Both the position numbers and the translations under genes were made by a program. This document shows, piece by piece, positions 1 to 14,386 of a stretch of 64,000 nucleotides of DNA. The number at the start of each line of letters is the position of its first letter. The first letter of the stretch is position 1. This DNA is from Lingula anatina (taxonomy: Eukaryota > Animalia > Brachiopoda), in contig CM120644.1 of NCBI GenBank assembly GCA_051362555.1, positions 13,972,567 through 14,036,566 on the forward strand. Direction: 5' to 3'. Under the pieces are notes generated by a model, which searched no databases, was not told the DNA's origin, and was given only the letters and a program-made list of their open reading frames with translations.

Positions 1-3000
1 TGCCTCTCCTACCCCCCTCAAAAATAAATAAATAAATAAATAAGTAGCAAAAAAACGAGAGAGTACATACTCCTCTGAAAACATGTACAGTCCTCTGTAA
101 AAGTGAAAATATAAATAATGTTAAAATCATATAATGTATAATTATCAAAAAAATATATAAATATATTTTGTGGGACCTGGGTTCAGTTAAAAACTGTAAT
201 CTATACTTTTTGAATATATCCCTCTACTTGGCATTTTATGAAAATTTATCAGACTTTGGAAAGAACTATATCCAGATACAGGCAAGTAGGAAGCAATTTC
301 TAAAAGGGGGTTCTTTTTCTGAAAAAGTAGACCTTTTACATTAAAACCTCTGTGTACCTTGATCAAATTTTACCCAGAATGGACCTTTTCCTGACCAAAA
401 GGGGTGGTTCTTTTGACCTCCCCCCACCCCCCCAAACCATACCCCCCACTCCCAGCTATGGGCCTGAGATATCTCATCTTATAATCAACAAACAGAAAAA
501 CCAACCTCAATGATGAAAAAAAATCCTTCATTGGCAAAGGTACAAAATACATGTTGCAGTACATGAAAATGTAAGAAATACAAGTTCACTATTTTGACAG
601 TAAAACTGAATTCACACTTTTGGGTGGGAAACGGATATTTCGAACCCTATACCTGGAAAGTATTGACTGAATCTTACTAACAATACCACATTGGATCTTA
701 TCCAAACACTGGATAGAATGGTATAGTTTTGGGACATATTCAGTGTGCATATATAGTTACATGTATGCCCCTAACAACAGTAAACACAAGACAACAAAGA
801 ATGACACAAGTCTCTACTTGTTGCTTTCATATCTATATATGTCTATCCAAAAATGTCAACTGAAAATCATATTTGCCCATCTTATTTGTAAATCAAGTTA
901 ATGAAGATGAAGTACTTTTCAATTGTAAAATTTAATATGTACACTAATTATTCTAGTACTTGAGGAAAGAAAAAAAAAAAGAAAACTTAGTATTTAAGAT
1001 TAAAGGGACATATAATTTCCAACTTTCAATTAAATGCACCTGCTAGAAAAATAAATAGAAGTCACAGAACAGATTGCAGCCTAACATTTTCTTATTTGTT
1101 CAACTGTCCAAATACATAGAAAAAAATATATATACATACCAAAGTGAATATTTGCAAAGTGCTCACAGAAATTCATCAAATAATGCTCTTTCTAGGGTGA
1201 CCTGTGAAAAAAAAATGATAAGACCCAAATTAAGCTACTACTAGTAAATAGAATTGTTACATTAGTAGTGGAAGCCTGAAATGGATGATTTAAGATAAAA
1301 CATGATTGACCAAATTTATGTGTCTAGTTTGTGAATACCACGTGAGTAAAACGGGTTGTAAGTTTGCCATTTATGGTGTTATCAAGGAAAGTGCGCAGGG
1401 ATTACAGTGATAGCGAAGACAGACAAGGATTACAACCATGTGTTTACACATGTTAAGTCTGTCTATAAAAACGGTCCATATATTTTGACAAAGCTATAAT
1501 ATTGTACCTTTGTGCAGTGCTCAACAAATTGTTGAAAAACACACTTTGGGATCATAGCTCAGAGGCAACAGTTACTAAATACAAATTTTTTCTACAAATA
1601 TCTTTTGTCCTTGTGAGTAGAAAATACCCATCAGTACACAATGGCTCACTTGCTCTGCTTTTGTTGAAAAAAAGTAGAAAGAAAACATGTCACTAAATGT
1701 GTTTCATACATTTTACCCTCTTGCAAAGATGCCCCGATTCTGACTCAGTGTTCAACTTTCAGAGGTGCGCAGCATATTTTTATATTTTACAGTTGTTTTT
1801 TTCCTGTCAGTACCAGTTCAACAGCACTCACTCTTTCAATGCAGTTCCCAACATACTAGTACACTATCAATACTGTTATGATATTTAAATTAATTCCCAA
1901 GCCAATAATAACAATAATGTAATCTATGGAGTGTATAAACATATATTTTAAACTGCTTGGCAATGGATCATTTATTCCCTGGAAAATTAACCTCAGGCAT
2001 TAAATTTATGAATGCCCACCCCTAAAAATCATCTAAAGGGTAAAATTAAAGTAAAATTTACTGACCCCCCCCCCCCCCCCCCCCCCACCCACCGAATCTG
2101 CTGGCTTAACAGGCCTACAATGCATGACTTTAGCAGGTAAGGATACCTCCGCCTCCAGTCACATAAAAAAGAAGAACGAGAGATCAACAATTTTACTACC
2201 ACCCTAAGCTCTTTCTAGAGCCCATCAAATATTGACACATATGTCTAATATCAATGTAATGGATTTATAGTCCGACTGTAAACATTTATCATTAAAAAAA
2301 ATGTTAACTGTCTGTTGCCTTTGTGGGAAATTACAAGTTAAACATGGTGTCATGGTGGTAATATATATGCCCTTTTTTTATTGCAAGGGATCTTATGGCA
2401 AAGGGAAAATAAATCACCACGGAAAGAGTAACAGTTATGAAATAACCCATAATCAAAAAATGTCATGCTTCAAAGTTCATTGCATTGAGTTAGTTGGTAC
2501 TATATAACAGTCGCATTCTCTTATGTGAGGGGGTGGGGGGTGGGGGGTGGCAGGTGGGGGTAGGGGGCTGGGGGGGGGGTTGGCAATGTCATCCTCACTA
2601 AACTGTTACTTTTTTCTGTCTTTCATCTGCCTCTCTCTCTCTCTGCATATAATTTACCATTTTTCAAACCCATCATCTTTCTTTTTTTCCCCACTTACTA
2701 TATGTTCTTAGCTATGCGCCTGAAGTAACAGATTTAAAAAATACATCTCTCAATAACTATTTACATACATAAAACTATTAACATTGATTTTATCAATAGA
2801 TTATGCTGAGTTTTTTCCCACTTAACATCGCTAGAGTAAATCCATGATTCTCTTCAAAAGTGTGTGCACTCGGGCTTTTGTTCGTTTTTGTGCGAAAACA
2901 ACTGTAGCCCCTGTATGTGCTGACATTATGAATTAAACCATCTGAAACTTAAACTTATGCTTAATCCTTAATCGGTAACCAAATAGGTGTGGTGAGAGCA

Positions 3001-3158
3001 ATCACTACCACCCTTCAGATAGACTGCCTTGTTTGTTGTGTTGAAATTTAAAAGGTACACAAGGTGAATTTACTGATTCCAAACATTATCCCATGAGGGA
3101 TGTCAAAAGGTGTTAAACTTTAAAGGTAGTGAATGTGAATCTTGAATCACTGTCTCAC

Positions 3159-3189
<31 letters not shown>

Positions 3190-3831
3190 TCAAGACTTGG
3201 AGGACCTTACGGCTCGTCCATTAACATCTAATGTCAACCTGTACGAGTTATTTAAAACACATCACCCACACACCTTTAGTTTTCATTCCAGAATGTCTCG
3301 GAAATTTTTGTCACATCTACAGGTTCCGTTAACTTGCCATCTGACTCGTAATGCAAGAAGTAAAATTTTTATTCTATAAATGAAGTTCAATAGATTGATG
3401 AAAAAAAGAAGGTTTTTTTCTTGCTGCCCCTCCTGGAAATTATGTCTGGAGAGAAATGTCTGGATAGTAAAAGCTCTGTGAAAACGAGCAGCACACTTAT
3501 TGTAGCAAAGGAGAGTGAATCCATTAATTCTTTTTAGAATAAAGGTATGTACTATTGATCTCAGCTTGACCTGTTCAAGAGGGTAGGGAAAACCTTTAAC
3601 CTTAAGGAATGGCACTCCAGCCGTAGCTAGGGTTGTTGCTAAAACAAGGCTATCTCCAAGGTACTCAGCACACGTGGTGTGTAAACGTAGCCACCTATCA
3701 GCTTCCCCATCCATCCATTCACTCGGTTCTTTGCCACTGTGAAGCAGACATTAAAATATTCTAAAACTATCCAACCTCATAGAAAATCACTGCCTTTGAA
3801 GACGGTTTTTACATTGCATCATTAAGACAAG

Positions 3832-6800
3832 ATGAAGGTGAGTAACGATCTCTCAGAAAAAAAGCTTTCACAGTTTTAGTCATGACACTGTATCTTTTTT
3901 GATATTTTGAAATGAATACTGATGGAGTTTATTGAATCAGAATATTTTCAAAAGAAATTTGAAAGGTGGAAGTTATCAGATCAATGTTACACTGTTTAAG
4001 GTTAACTCGTGCCAAACATTTATAAATGATAAAAAATAAATATATAAATTAATTAATTAATTAAAAGAAAAAGAAAAATATCTTAAACCCAAATTCATAA
4101 CAAGTTACACTACTGCACAGAAGTGAAAGTGGAGAGGAAGTGGGCACTTGTAAATAATCCCCATCAGAAATGAATCCAAAATCTCCAAATGCTGTGATTT
4201 CATGCAAAAAAAGCTCCTGTCTGTAACTACGTTATTCAAAGATGTAAAATGGGATTTATATAAAAGTGGTAACTAGTAACTATGGTTTTAGAATCGACAC
4301 GATTATTTATGATCATCAACTTTATTTCTGAAATGTGTTCAGTGATAGAATCAATAGTTAAGTACTGGCAATCAGCATTATTGTTCCTATTTTCTTTTTA
4401 TAGAAGCACTTGTGTACTCTGTGTTTGATACAAAACAATGTAGCCAAGGTACCTTTATGTAAAAAGGGCTTTCTTTGAGGACATTCCCATTCATTGTTAA
4501 TAACGTCTGGTCTAGGAGGCTTTAGAAAAAAGTGTTCACTCAAGCATGAAATATATCCAGTAACGGTTGTATAAAAAGGGAAGAGTGCACTGATTCTTAA
4601 CAATTGATCGATAAAATACAAAAGCTGGAAGTAAAATGCAAGAGCAATAACCTTTGTTTTCACTGGGTTTGTATAGCAACCTACAAGAATAGATGCATTG
4701 GGAAGGTTGACTGATCAATCAATAAATGTGTAGCTGTGCCTAAATAGCTTAATTAACGGAAGTCTTGGAGAAGTCTGAAAATTTCAGATGCAGTACCCTA
4801 TAGTCTTTTCTATCAACTTCTGCATACAAATGATGCAGTAATAACTTAAAATATAAGCACATCTTTCTTTTTTTTTTTTTAAATTGAACTTTTTCAATTT
4901 TATTTTAGCATTTTTAGGCAATCACAAAAATCCAAATTTCTCAAAGTTGTTGAAACAACACTTTAAGCTTTTGAATTTTTTTCCTTTAATTCTTTTTTTT
5001 TTCTTTTTGATGTATTATTTTTTTAATTAAAAATAATTCATAAAAAGTTTTCAAAACATTTTATTTTTGAAGAAATTTTTGGTCATATGGTTCAAATGTA
5101 TTGAATAACCACCCTATATATTAGTTTTTTCTCTTACAATCCCTTCCTTCCCCACGTTCAGTAAATAATTCTATCTTTTCTATTTTTCCAAACAGTTTGA
5201 TATGGTTTCAATCAACACTATAATCTTCCAGAAATTTATTAAACTTCCAGAAATTTAACTCAAAGCAACATGATAAGACACGACTTGAGATACGAGTAAA
5301 CCAATTTTACAGATAGTTTATTGATCCTTTTATTTTTACCAGTTATCTTTGATGAATTGCATGCATTTTTGTAAAACATTACAAACATCTCTTCAAAAAG
5401 ATTTCAAAAGATAGCAATGCTTTCAGTACTTGAATTAGGGAATTCTGGTTAATGATTGTTTAGTTATGTCTTATCCAGTTCAAACTTTTTTATTTAGTAT
5501 TTCAAATGTCGTAAGTCCAAAAACAATATTTCACAGTATCTTCATTTTTAGCTTGATATATCCACCCTAAAAAAAACCTTTCTTATAACAATTTCTAAAA
5601 TACTCATCTTTCTATTTGTACATGCAGTGAGACTGAAAACACCATTTGTTGCCATGTCAACATAACAGCGACACACATAGCAAGGATAATTTCAAAAGCG
5701 AAACTGTACAGTCTATCAATTCAACTCGTTACGCTTGCTTTGGCATTAAGGATACCAAGCTTCAGTCTGCAACCAGGTCACACACATGACATTTTCGCAC
5801 TTGGTTTGAAAGATAATATCCCTGTCTCCGTGGCTTTGATTCAACATTTCCTGATAACAAGTACTGGTAACTCAATCTTTGGGGCCACAGCATGAGTTAG
5901 CCAAAGACAAGCAAAATGATTCAATTTACATAGCTTTCACTGAACGCTAACCACAATCAGCTAAATATTATTCCAGATAAAACTGAAAAATGTGGAGTCT
6001 CAGACTAACTACTATGCCGATTCAGAACCGACTTCTATTTTGTCAAGTGTGGACTGGGACAAAGGTGTTTTGTATTCATTGTACAACTTTCCATTGCATT
6101 CACCTGTCTTGGAAACTGCATCAGAACAAGCTCCACCCTTCCTCTCCTCTATCAATGCTCTAGGTCTAAATTCAGTATAAAATTCACGATGGTGTATAAA
6201 CATTCTACAGTTCTCAAACTTGAAAATTAAAAAAAGATTGAATTTAGAAAAAAATTAGGAGATTTTTTTTTTCGGACAGACCACATTAATGTTAAAGATA
6301 TAGACTACGACTATAAAATATGTTTCTTAACTTTTTTAGCACTTTATGTAAATGAATGGCATAAGGCTTAAGTGATTTGTCAGCAATTATAATAATTGTT
6401 ACTCTTGACTGGTGTTACTGATCCCATAAGTTTAAGGAACAAATAAAATATAGCCAAAAATACTCAAAGGCCCTTTTTGCATCGAGCTTTATACTTTGGC
6501 AAAAATACTCTGAGAGTTTGACAACTGTAATGTACCACTGAGTCGCCTAAACTTAACCGAACCTCTCTGTATACTGCAGACTTGTAAAGAATTTGTGAAA
6601 GGAGGTTAAATCCCACGTGACATGATTATTCTGTATATATTGAAACCTCTCAATCTGCACAGTAATTTTTTTTATCTTTTCAATGAGGGGAAAATGAAGA
6701 ATTTTACAGAGACTGTATTTTTTTAGTCATAATATCTTCAAATTATAACATTCTTAGTAAGTGGCAGTAACAAAATTAAAACGTAGGCCACTCTATAGCT

Positions 6801-7255
6801 CTATTGTATACAGTTAAAGCACCACAAATGCTATACAGAAACATAATTATTGTGATTATAAAATTATGTATCTGAAAGTTTGATCCTTTTTGCCCATTGA
6901 GAAGATCGAATCATTATATCATACTTGAACCAGAACAGATTGTATTACTTAAGTATGCCCCTGAATGTAAAAAGCACCAAAGGCAAACATTTGACTTCAC
7001 TTAGGCTATAAAAAGACAAGGATATGGCTAATGGCATGCCAATATAGATATTCTAAATGAAACTGACAAATCAATAAAAGGCAAACAATCAAAATCTGAA
7101 AATCAGGTAGAACTCACAAAGAACATACAAGTATAAATAGATTTCTTTTTCAGGCCTTTAAAGGTTTTCTATGTCCAATTCATAACCGTTGAATGCAAAG
7201 CTCATGACAACATAGCAACAGTGCTAATAGTCAATAATTGGGAATGTTTGCCCAA

Positions 7256-7319
<64 letters not shown>

Positions 7320-10300
7320 CAGTTATTCACTTTTTACAACAAGTTTTTAAGATAGGTATTGATGGCATACAACTGAGATTTAGATTGCTGTCACGTTATG
7401 GTTTTAAATAAATCTAAATCTAAACTTATCTTTCTATATTTTACTGTATACAGACGATATTGACTGAATTTCTTTTTTGTCATTTTTAGATTCACATCAT
7501 ATTGAGTGCATGCATGCTGGCAGTCAGCATTAGTTTGATTGGTAAGTCATAGCAAATGGTTGCCATATTTATACATTTACAATAATAGCACTTATTAAAT
7601 GTTAGTATATATGTGTGTCAACTTGTTAACACAAAATACAATATAATCAAAATTGTGATATAAGTGTTTCATTGTGTGATGACAACAGACAAGGTGATGA
7701 AATGGGTCGAAACACTATGCCCTTTTGCACTTCAAAACCAACTTACTGAGTACATTTTTTTAAAATCAATAAATGATTAATAAAGATGTTTCAAAAATAT
7801 AATAGGTATATTATTTATATTTACGTATTTCAGAGGCCAAGAAGTACTGTAAAGCGGATACAGATTGCACGACTTCTGCACAAATTGGAAACACAAACAA
7901 TGTGAAATGCATTAAAAGCGCCTGTGACTGGGGCGTGTGCGGCTGTTCGCATGGGTTTGTGCTGCGTTATCTGGGATCCGAAAAACTCATGCAGTGTGTG
8001 CCATGTAAGTTGTTTTCAAGGAGTCAAAAATGTGTAACCTAGGGATGGTTTTACAAAATGAAAAAAAAAAAAAAAAAGAAAATTGGTTAAAACTTTTACA
8101 AAAGTTTTTGGTTTACTTTAACTTAAATTCAAGATAAATCCATAGATACTGTAATCAACTTCATTATTATTAATATTTTTCATGATTCCTTTTCTTCTTC
8201 AGCAAATAAATGGAATAAATACTTGTAAATAAATCTATAAATAAAAAAAAATAATAACCAAAACTATAATTTTTTCCTCAGTGAGAAAAATTGACGAATC
8301 CTGCTCCTACAATGACGCTACAGGCGTTTGCGGCGCCAAGAACTCTGAGTGCAGTAATGGCGTCTGCAAATGCACTGGCAGCAACCACAAAATGTGGGGT
8401 GGTGAGCACTGCGGGACAGGCCTCATGCCATCGGAGGGCCTCACGGCTGGTGACACCTGCGACTCAGGTTCAGCTTCCAACTCAGTCAGTGGACATACCG
8501 TTTTAACAGGAGTTCCACACCAATGCATGTGTTCCTCAGCCTCTCAGACGTACCTCTACGGTGTGATGGCAAACACGTACAACTACTTCCTGGGAAGAAA
8601 ATTCCCCTATTGTTTATCAGGTTGGTTTATTTATATATAATTAATACAAGTGACTGTACAGTGCACAGTGCCTCTCTACTATGAACATAGAGATAATAAT
8701 TTTATCATTATTATTATTATTATTATTTTTTTTTTTTGCTCTGTTAATGAATTTTTCAAACATCAGATTTTCATTCTTTTCCATTCTTTTTGTTTGTGTG
8801 TATGTGTATATACATATTTTTATTCATACGTATACACATATATATACATTTTGTACATGTACAGTGTATATGTATATACATATTTATATAAAGGCCCTCT
8901 ATGCATGGTATTTTTGTAAAGCAAATGCTTTATCAGCATGCTGCATTACCTTACATAACCCATTTTGAAATGCTCAAGCTAATGTATTATCACCACCCTA
9001 TGTATGCATAAATATATATCTATGCATGTACTATATATAGTGAGTATATTTTTTTATACTTTGTAAATTATCATTATTTTTTTAGCTAAAATTGGAGATA
9101 TGTGCATCACAGACTCAGACTGTGGAACTAACATGAAGTGCACGAATGATGCATGTGACTGCGACCGTACCAATGGTTACAATTACTACAATTATGCAAA
9201 GACCCAATGCTTCACTGCAGCCCAAACCGGTAAGTTGTGTATGGTAACAGACCACAATAACCCAGATGTTACAAAAACTTCTATCATTCTAAGGCCAATG
9301 TAAGTTTCATTTTCATCAAGATTTATTAATTTTAGTTCCTTGTGGACCTTACCATCTGTCATGAACCAAACTTGATATTTTTTGGCAATTTTTGAATGAA
9401 AATTGACATTGTTGACATAGACTTGTTTTGTGTTTAAATATGTTCAATGTATCTTGCCCATTCCAAGCATCCCCCCCATCCCATCCATCCAGGCACCCAC
9501 TCTCCGTAACTCCATTCATCCACCCAACCATCTTTTGTCAGATTAATTCAGTTCTACCTCATGACTTCAAGACAAGGCTTATTAAATAAAAAAATGTTTT
9601 TCTATCCCCAGAAACCACCTTGGATCAGTCATGTACAGGCAAAAACTGCGATGGGTCTGCCGGACTGGTATGCGGCGATTACTGCGAGACCAACTCCAGT
9701 GCCACTGCCGCCACGACCTGTCAATGTGGAGTGGGCCACACACGGTCTGGTAGCTCTTGCAATGCACGTGAGTATTTTTGCAAGTTCAAAGCAACTCTAC
9801 AGGAACGTTCTCATAAACCCACTGTACTAGCTGGATCAATCTAACTCTGCAGGGATTCTCGTTAAATTGCATTCACTGTAAGAGACTTAAATGTCTGGCA
9901 TGCCAACTCAAGGCACTAGGGGGATAATTAACGAAGGCTAATTACCTTCTTGTCACTCAAGGGGCATGTCAGACAATTAAGCTGATTACACTGAAAGCAC
10001 TTTATTTAGCAAGAAGCCCCGCAGAGTTAGATTGATCTAGCTAGTATGGTGGGTTTATGGGAATGCAGTCTACCACTCCTCTGGCCACTGTCTGTCAATG
10101 GGGAATGGACTGCACTAAAACTAGAAGCATGCAAGATGCACAGGAGTAAAACAGTATGTTGCAAATTTAAATCTAGCAGTTATACAATGGCAATTGGTTT
10201 ATATCCTCATGTCAGCAAAGTAAAGTACAGACTTCTATAATGGCTTGTACACTGATTTTAGACTAGTAAAGGAGTTTAAAATTTCAAAGCCATTAATTCA

Positions 10301-11033
10301 TATGATAAGAGTGTTAGATATTTGTTATATATATTAACATTTCGAAACTGTTTTTTCAATCACGTTGTTAAACTTCTAGGCGGTGTTGGTTCAACCTGCT
10401 ACGGAGATGCAAACTGTCAAATGATTGGTCCAAATGCACGTTGCGTAGATGGTGCATGCGCCAATGGTGAGTATACATTAAATTACTCATTAACTACTTT
10501 TTTTAAAACTTTTTTTGTTTCTTTTTATCATCTGACAACATTTCATTTTGAATTACTTTTTTTAATTACTTTTATGAGTTCTCAACATTTATATGTTTTG
10601 TCTTTTCAAAACAATCATGTAAATCTTCCATTTTATTTGTCAGTAAAAAATTATTAATAAAATCGAGTCAATTAAAGGGATAATAACTCTTCGTATGAGA
10701 ATTTTATTTCACAATAAAAACATTGTGAATAACTCATAGAAATATAATATATTTTGTTTTACCAAAAAAACTGCAGTTATAGCTATTATTCTGATATCTG
10801 AGCTCGTCTTTAGACAACGTGACCTCTCTTTAGAGATTTAACAAAAAAAAAACAAACTTTTTTGAAAAAAACTAGGGACTAACTTCGAATGTATAAATGG
10901 ATTCATTAACCGTTGGTTAGTATGGGAAAATTTTTCTTTACTCCAGGAAAATTCATTTTTTGGCCGAACAAAGAGTTATTATCCCTTTAAAATGAGTTTT
11001 TAATAGTTCTCACTTTTTGTCTGTTGTCACTAG

Positions 11034-11072
<39 letters not shown>

Positions 11073-11358
11073 ACCACTTTTCTTGTATTTAAAAAAAATT
11101 AATTATGTAATTAATATCCAAGTGTGGATAAATTTAAATTTTGAAACATTACAGTTTCTTATTGTATTCTGATTTACTTTTACATCATATTGAGTATCCT
11201 TATGCCTATGACATCCAATGGCATCCAATGTCCTTTTTTAAGGTTCTATAATAATCATTCTTTATTTTTATTTCATTGCAGCTGTCTCTGCTATTGCTGC
11301 TGGGGTGATGTCCCTCCTCCTCCCAATTGTGCTAGCTGTCACAACCAAGTACAACTAA
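3832..11358 (+). CDS. Secreted, probably GPI-anchored cysteine-rich repeat protein (EB/EGF-like modules), 343 aa, 8 coding exons
   Basis: Exons 3832-3837 (ATGAAG|GTGAGT), 7490-7541, 7834-8004, 8282-8620, 9086-9229, 9612-9767, 10380-10466, 11282-11358. All introns are GT-AG and phase-compatible (phase 0, then all phase 1); total 1032 nt. N-terminus MKIHIILSACMLAVSISLIEA looks like a signal peptide; repeated C-x4-5-C...C-x4-C-x-C modules; hydrophobic tail NAVSAIAAGVMSLLLPIVLAVTTKYN*. Confidence 0.85.
7258..7314. repeat. (TA)n microsatellite
   Basis: Perfect TA run; a similar run lies near 12193-12232. Confidence 0.95.
9808..10030. mobile_element. Degenerate copy of the GATCGATC-containing MITE family
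   Basis: Shares gtactagctggatc..tctaact, ggggattctcg, aaattgcattca and cttaaatgtctggca blocks with 36712-36983 and 48751-49007; ends are eroded. Confidence 0.6.
10676..10986. mobile_element. Non-autonomous DNA transposon (Kolobok-like MITE) with TTAA target-site duplication
   Basis: Perfect terminal inverted repeats AGGGATAATAACTCTT...AAGAGTTATTATCCCT, flanked by TTAA at 10672-10675 and 10987-10990. Confidence 0.75.
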
Positions 11359-12187
11359 CACATTCAGGCTAAACTTCCAACTGTACATACTGAGAATGTG
11401 AGATTTCTCTAGACAAAGAAGTCTTCGTGCCTTGCTCTCTTAAGCATTTGTGTTGTATCAGACAAACAGCTTAAAGGTATTCTATACATATCTGAAATGA
11501 CCCAAATTCATATTTTTATTTTTTTTATAAATGTACAAATTAACTAAAGCTATCTCTCCCACATCATTCAGACCTTAAAAATGATAAAACTCAAATAAAA
11601 TTACGAAGTGTTGATATTTACTGTACTTCTGAAATGTCAAGAGGACATGGCAGTCTAAATGAATTGTGATTCCTTTCGAACTTAATTATTCAATTAGTAA
11701 GGGTACAAATAATTGGATCTCAGTGCAGAAATGGACTGCAGAATGGTTTTTGTGAGGAGAAAAAAAAAACATTTTTAGAGGCGAGTTAGATTTGGCATGA
11801 AATGATCAAATCCAACATAGAATACCTTTAAGTTTCTTGTTATTTGGTTGAAACAAAACAAATGAAACTTACTCAAACTTTAGGTGGTTGCCTTATATTG
11901 CAGTGGTTATGCACCATTTTTCTTTAGAACTTTGACTGCTTGAAACATTTCTATCATTTGAATAATGGTTTAAACCCTTCAGATGATCACAAAAATTAGA
12001 AAGCACTTACGTAGATGCAAGTGGAAAAAGTCCACAAGTTTGTTTCGCTGTAAAAGCTTTTGTTTTTGAATCACTTAAATTGGACAAAACTGCTGAAAAT
12101 GTACAACTATGCCATGATTACAGTAACCTGCTGTAAGACTTAACCATAATAACAATGGGCTTACTTTCAAAGAGTGCAAAATTGTAA

Positions 12188-12234
<47 letters not shown>

Positions 12235-12970
12235 TAAAAGTAATTTTCTTACAAGTATGTGCCCTGTTCAGCTTTTTTTTAATGAATGTTTTATATACCA
12301 GGGAAATATTAAGCTGACTGTGATAACATTGTTGTTCTTATTATATGTATGTTTAATACTTAATTTGTGTATTCTTCCCAATGAAATTGTGATTGGCTGT
12401 AACTTTAAACTATTTTAGTATATTGCAGTTCAAAAATTTTGTCATTTATTGTTTTTCAAATAACATATTATAAGACATCTAATCAAAGAGACTAAAATGC
12501 TGTTTAAGAAAATCAAAGTTTGTAAAGATAATCTTAATTTATAATTTCAAGTTCCAAACCACTTACTTGAGACAAAAATGTGTTATATCTCTATACATGG
12601 CAATATTTAGTAAATTTCAGTTTAAGCTATGTTATAATAAATATCTGTTTGTAAGAAATGGGATGATATATTGTTTTATCTGTATATATTACATATTCAA
12701 CCTGGAAAATCACTCAGAGAGCGCAGATTTCCTCCAAGGTTTTTATTTCTCAAAAAAGTACCAGTGGTGTGCTCAAACAACATATGTTGCATGTGCCTTT
12801 TTATATATATATAAAAAGGCACATGCAACATAAAAGTATTTTTTTAGGGAAACTTTGTCTGTAATTACCCTTTTAATCCAATGTGGCAAGTATTTACCCA
12901 ATTTATATGTGACGTCAAGAAGTAATTATTACAACTTACGTACAAGCTTTGATGCAGAGCACGCAGAGCA

Positions 12971-13638
12971 CACCCTGAGCTTCAGAGCTAACTTGACACT
13001 AACCTCTTCACTGTAGCCTATCTTCATCGTGTCAAGTAACCTCTGACCAGATTCGATTGCCTCCGCCGCCCGCCAATCAAATTTAAAAGCCTGCACTCAA
13101 TGACTCATTAAACGATCTAGCCAATGAACGCGAACGAGTCAAAGCGCGCTTTGTTCAAATCCGGACCAATCAAAGATAAGGCTGAATATCAGGGACTTGC
13201 CGTAACCTGTGGGCAGCACGCAAATAACATCGTCTCTCAGTAGATATGATGCAGGGCCTCAAACTGCTTAGACCCTATGGTTTCAATTCCGATTTACTCA
13301 TATTTTGCAAAGAATCAAGAGATAACTTAACACATTCTTTTTCGTAGTCACTCGCCTTGCTTTCTTTGTGTACGGTAATACACTCGGAACTACTCGGATG
13401 TCTCCGCACTCGACAATAACTATGTTGTTAGTATGGAGCTTGCGGAATCAGCCGAGGATTGCCGATTGACGGTCAACCAATCAGCGTTTTCACCAAACTT
13501 TGGTGAAAAATTTTGAAACATGGATTTGATTGGCTTATATAAACTAGGTCAAACTATTTTCGTCAGAGGTTACTTGACACGATGGAGATAGGCTACAGTG
13601 AAAAGGTTAGTGTCAAGTTAGCTCTGAAGCTCAGGGTG
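12971..13638. mobile_element. Non-autonomous DNA transposon with about 77-bp TIRs and 8-bp TSD
   Basis: CACCCTGAGCTTCAGAGCTAACTTGACACTAACC... at 12971-13047 is inverted at 13562-13638 with few mismatches; GCAGAGCA directly flanks both sides (12963-12970, 13639-13646); no transposase ORF. Confidence 0.9.
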
Positions 13639-14355
13639 GCAGAGCATGTTCATGATATGCAATGTCAGGTCACAGCATGGGATAAGGTGTGTGACAACGA
13701 GAAACTGGAAGGCAGCCAGCCAGGGTGATATAAAATTTACCCCTTCTTGCTTTGTCATGTCTGCTATAAAATGCTTTCAAGGGCAGTCACACAAGTGACA
13801 AGCTATTTTTTGGCAATGGCACTACACTGCTCTCATAACACTTTAACAATGTCACCAATCCTACCACTATTCCCAAGAGGGTAGGGGAATGGGGTTGGGT
13901 GGGGGTAGGGGGGGAGTAGGGGGGTGGGGGAGGCAAGAGTGGAGCATATAGTGTGTGACCGGGCGTATATGCAGCTACTTGAAATAACTTGACCTTCCAA
14001 TAGGGACAAGATACAGTGGCGGGGCTTGGTCTGGGATGGGGCGGAGATGGGTTTAAAGAGTTCTCCAAATTTGTGCACTTCGCTCACATATCATGTACTG
14101 GTAAGTTACCAAGTGCAGGAACAAATACAAGCACGTCTTTTCTTACCTTGATGAAAAGGAACAAACGTCTTCCCCTATCTCTTGGCTGGGTCGATTGTCA
14201 TCATAATAATCCCAAACTCCTCTCTATCTGCTGGGTAAGCCTTATCTATTCGAAAAAATCAATAATTGCATCTGCTCTCGAGTTACCATGGGCGCTGCCA
14301 TTTTGTTTGCCCACAATGCACTAGTATACAAGACAGTCCAAAACAAACAAACAAA

Positions 14356-14386
<31 letters not shown>

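Noticed and set aside
3283-3714. 143-aa minus-strand ORF
   Set aside because: No recognisable motif or splice partners; lies immediately upstream of gene 1's first exon and is probably chance.
5580-6200. Slightly GC-richer stretch with short ORFs in intron 1 of gene 1
   Set aside because: No phase-compatible exon or recognisable protein; gene 1 is complete without it.
8650-8968. Hydrophobic ORFs here and at other microsatellites (e.g. 23467-23808, 32223-32617, 56276-56567)
   Set aside because: Translations of simple repeats within introns.
13787-14324. Pro/Gly-rich overlapping ORFs
   Set aside because: Products of a G-rich low-complexity tract with no splice structure.
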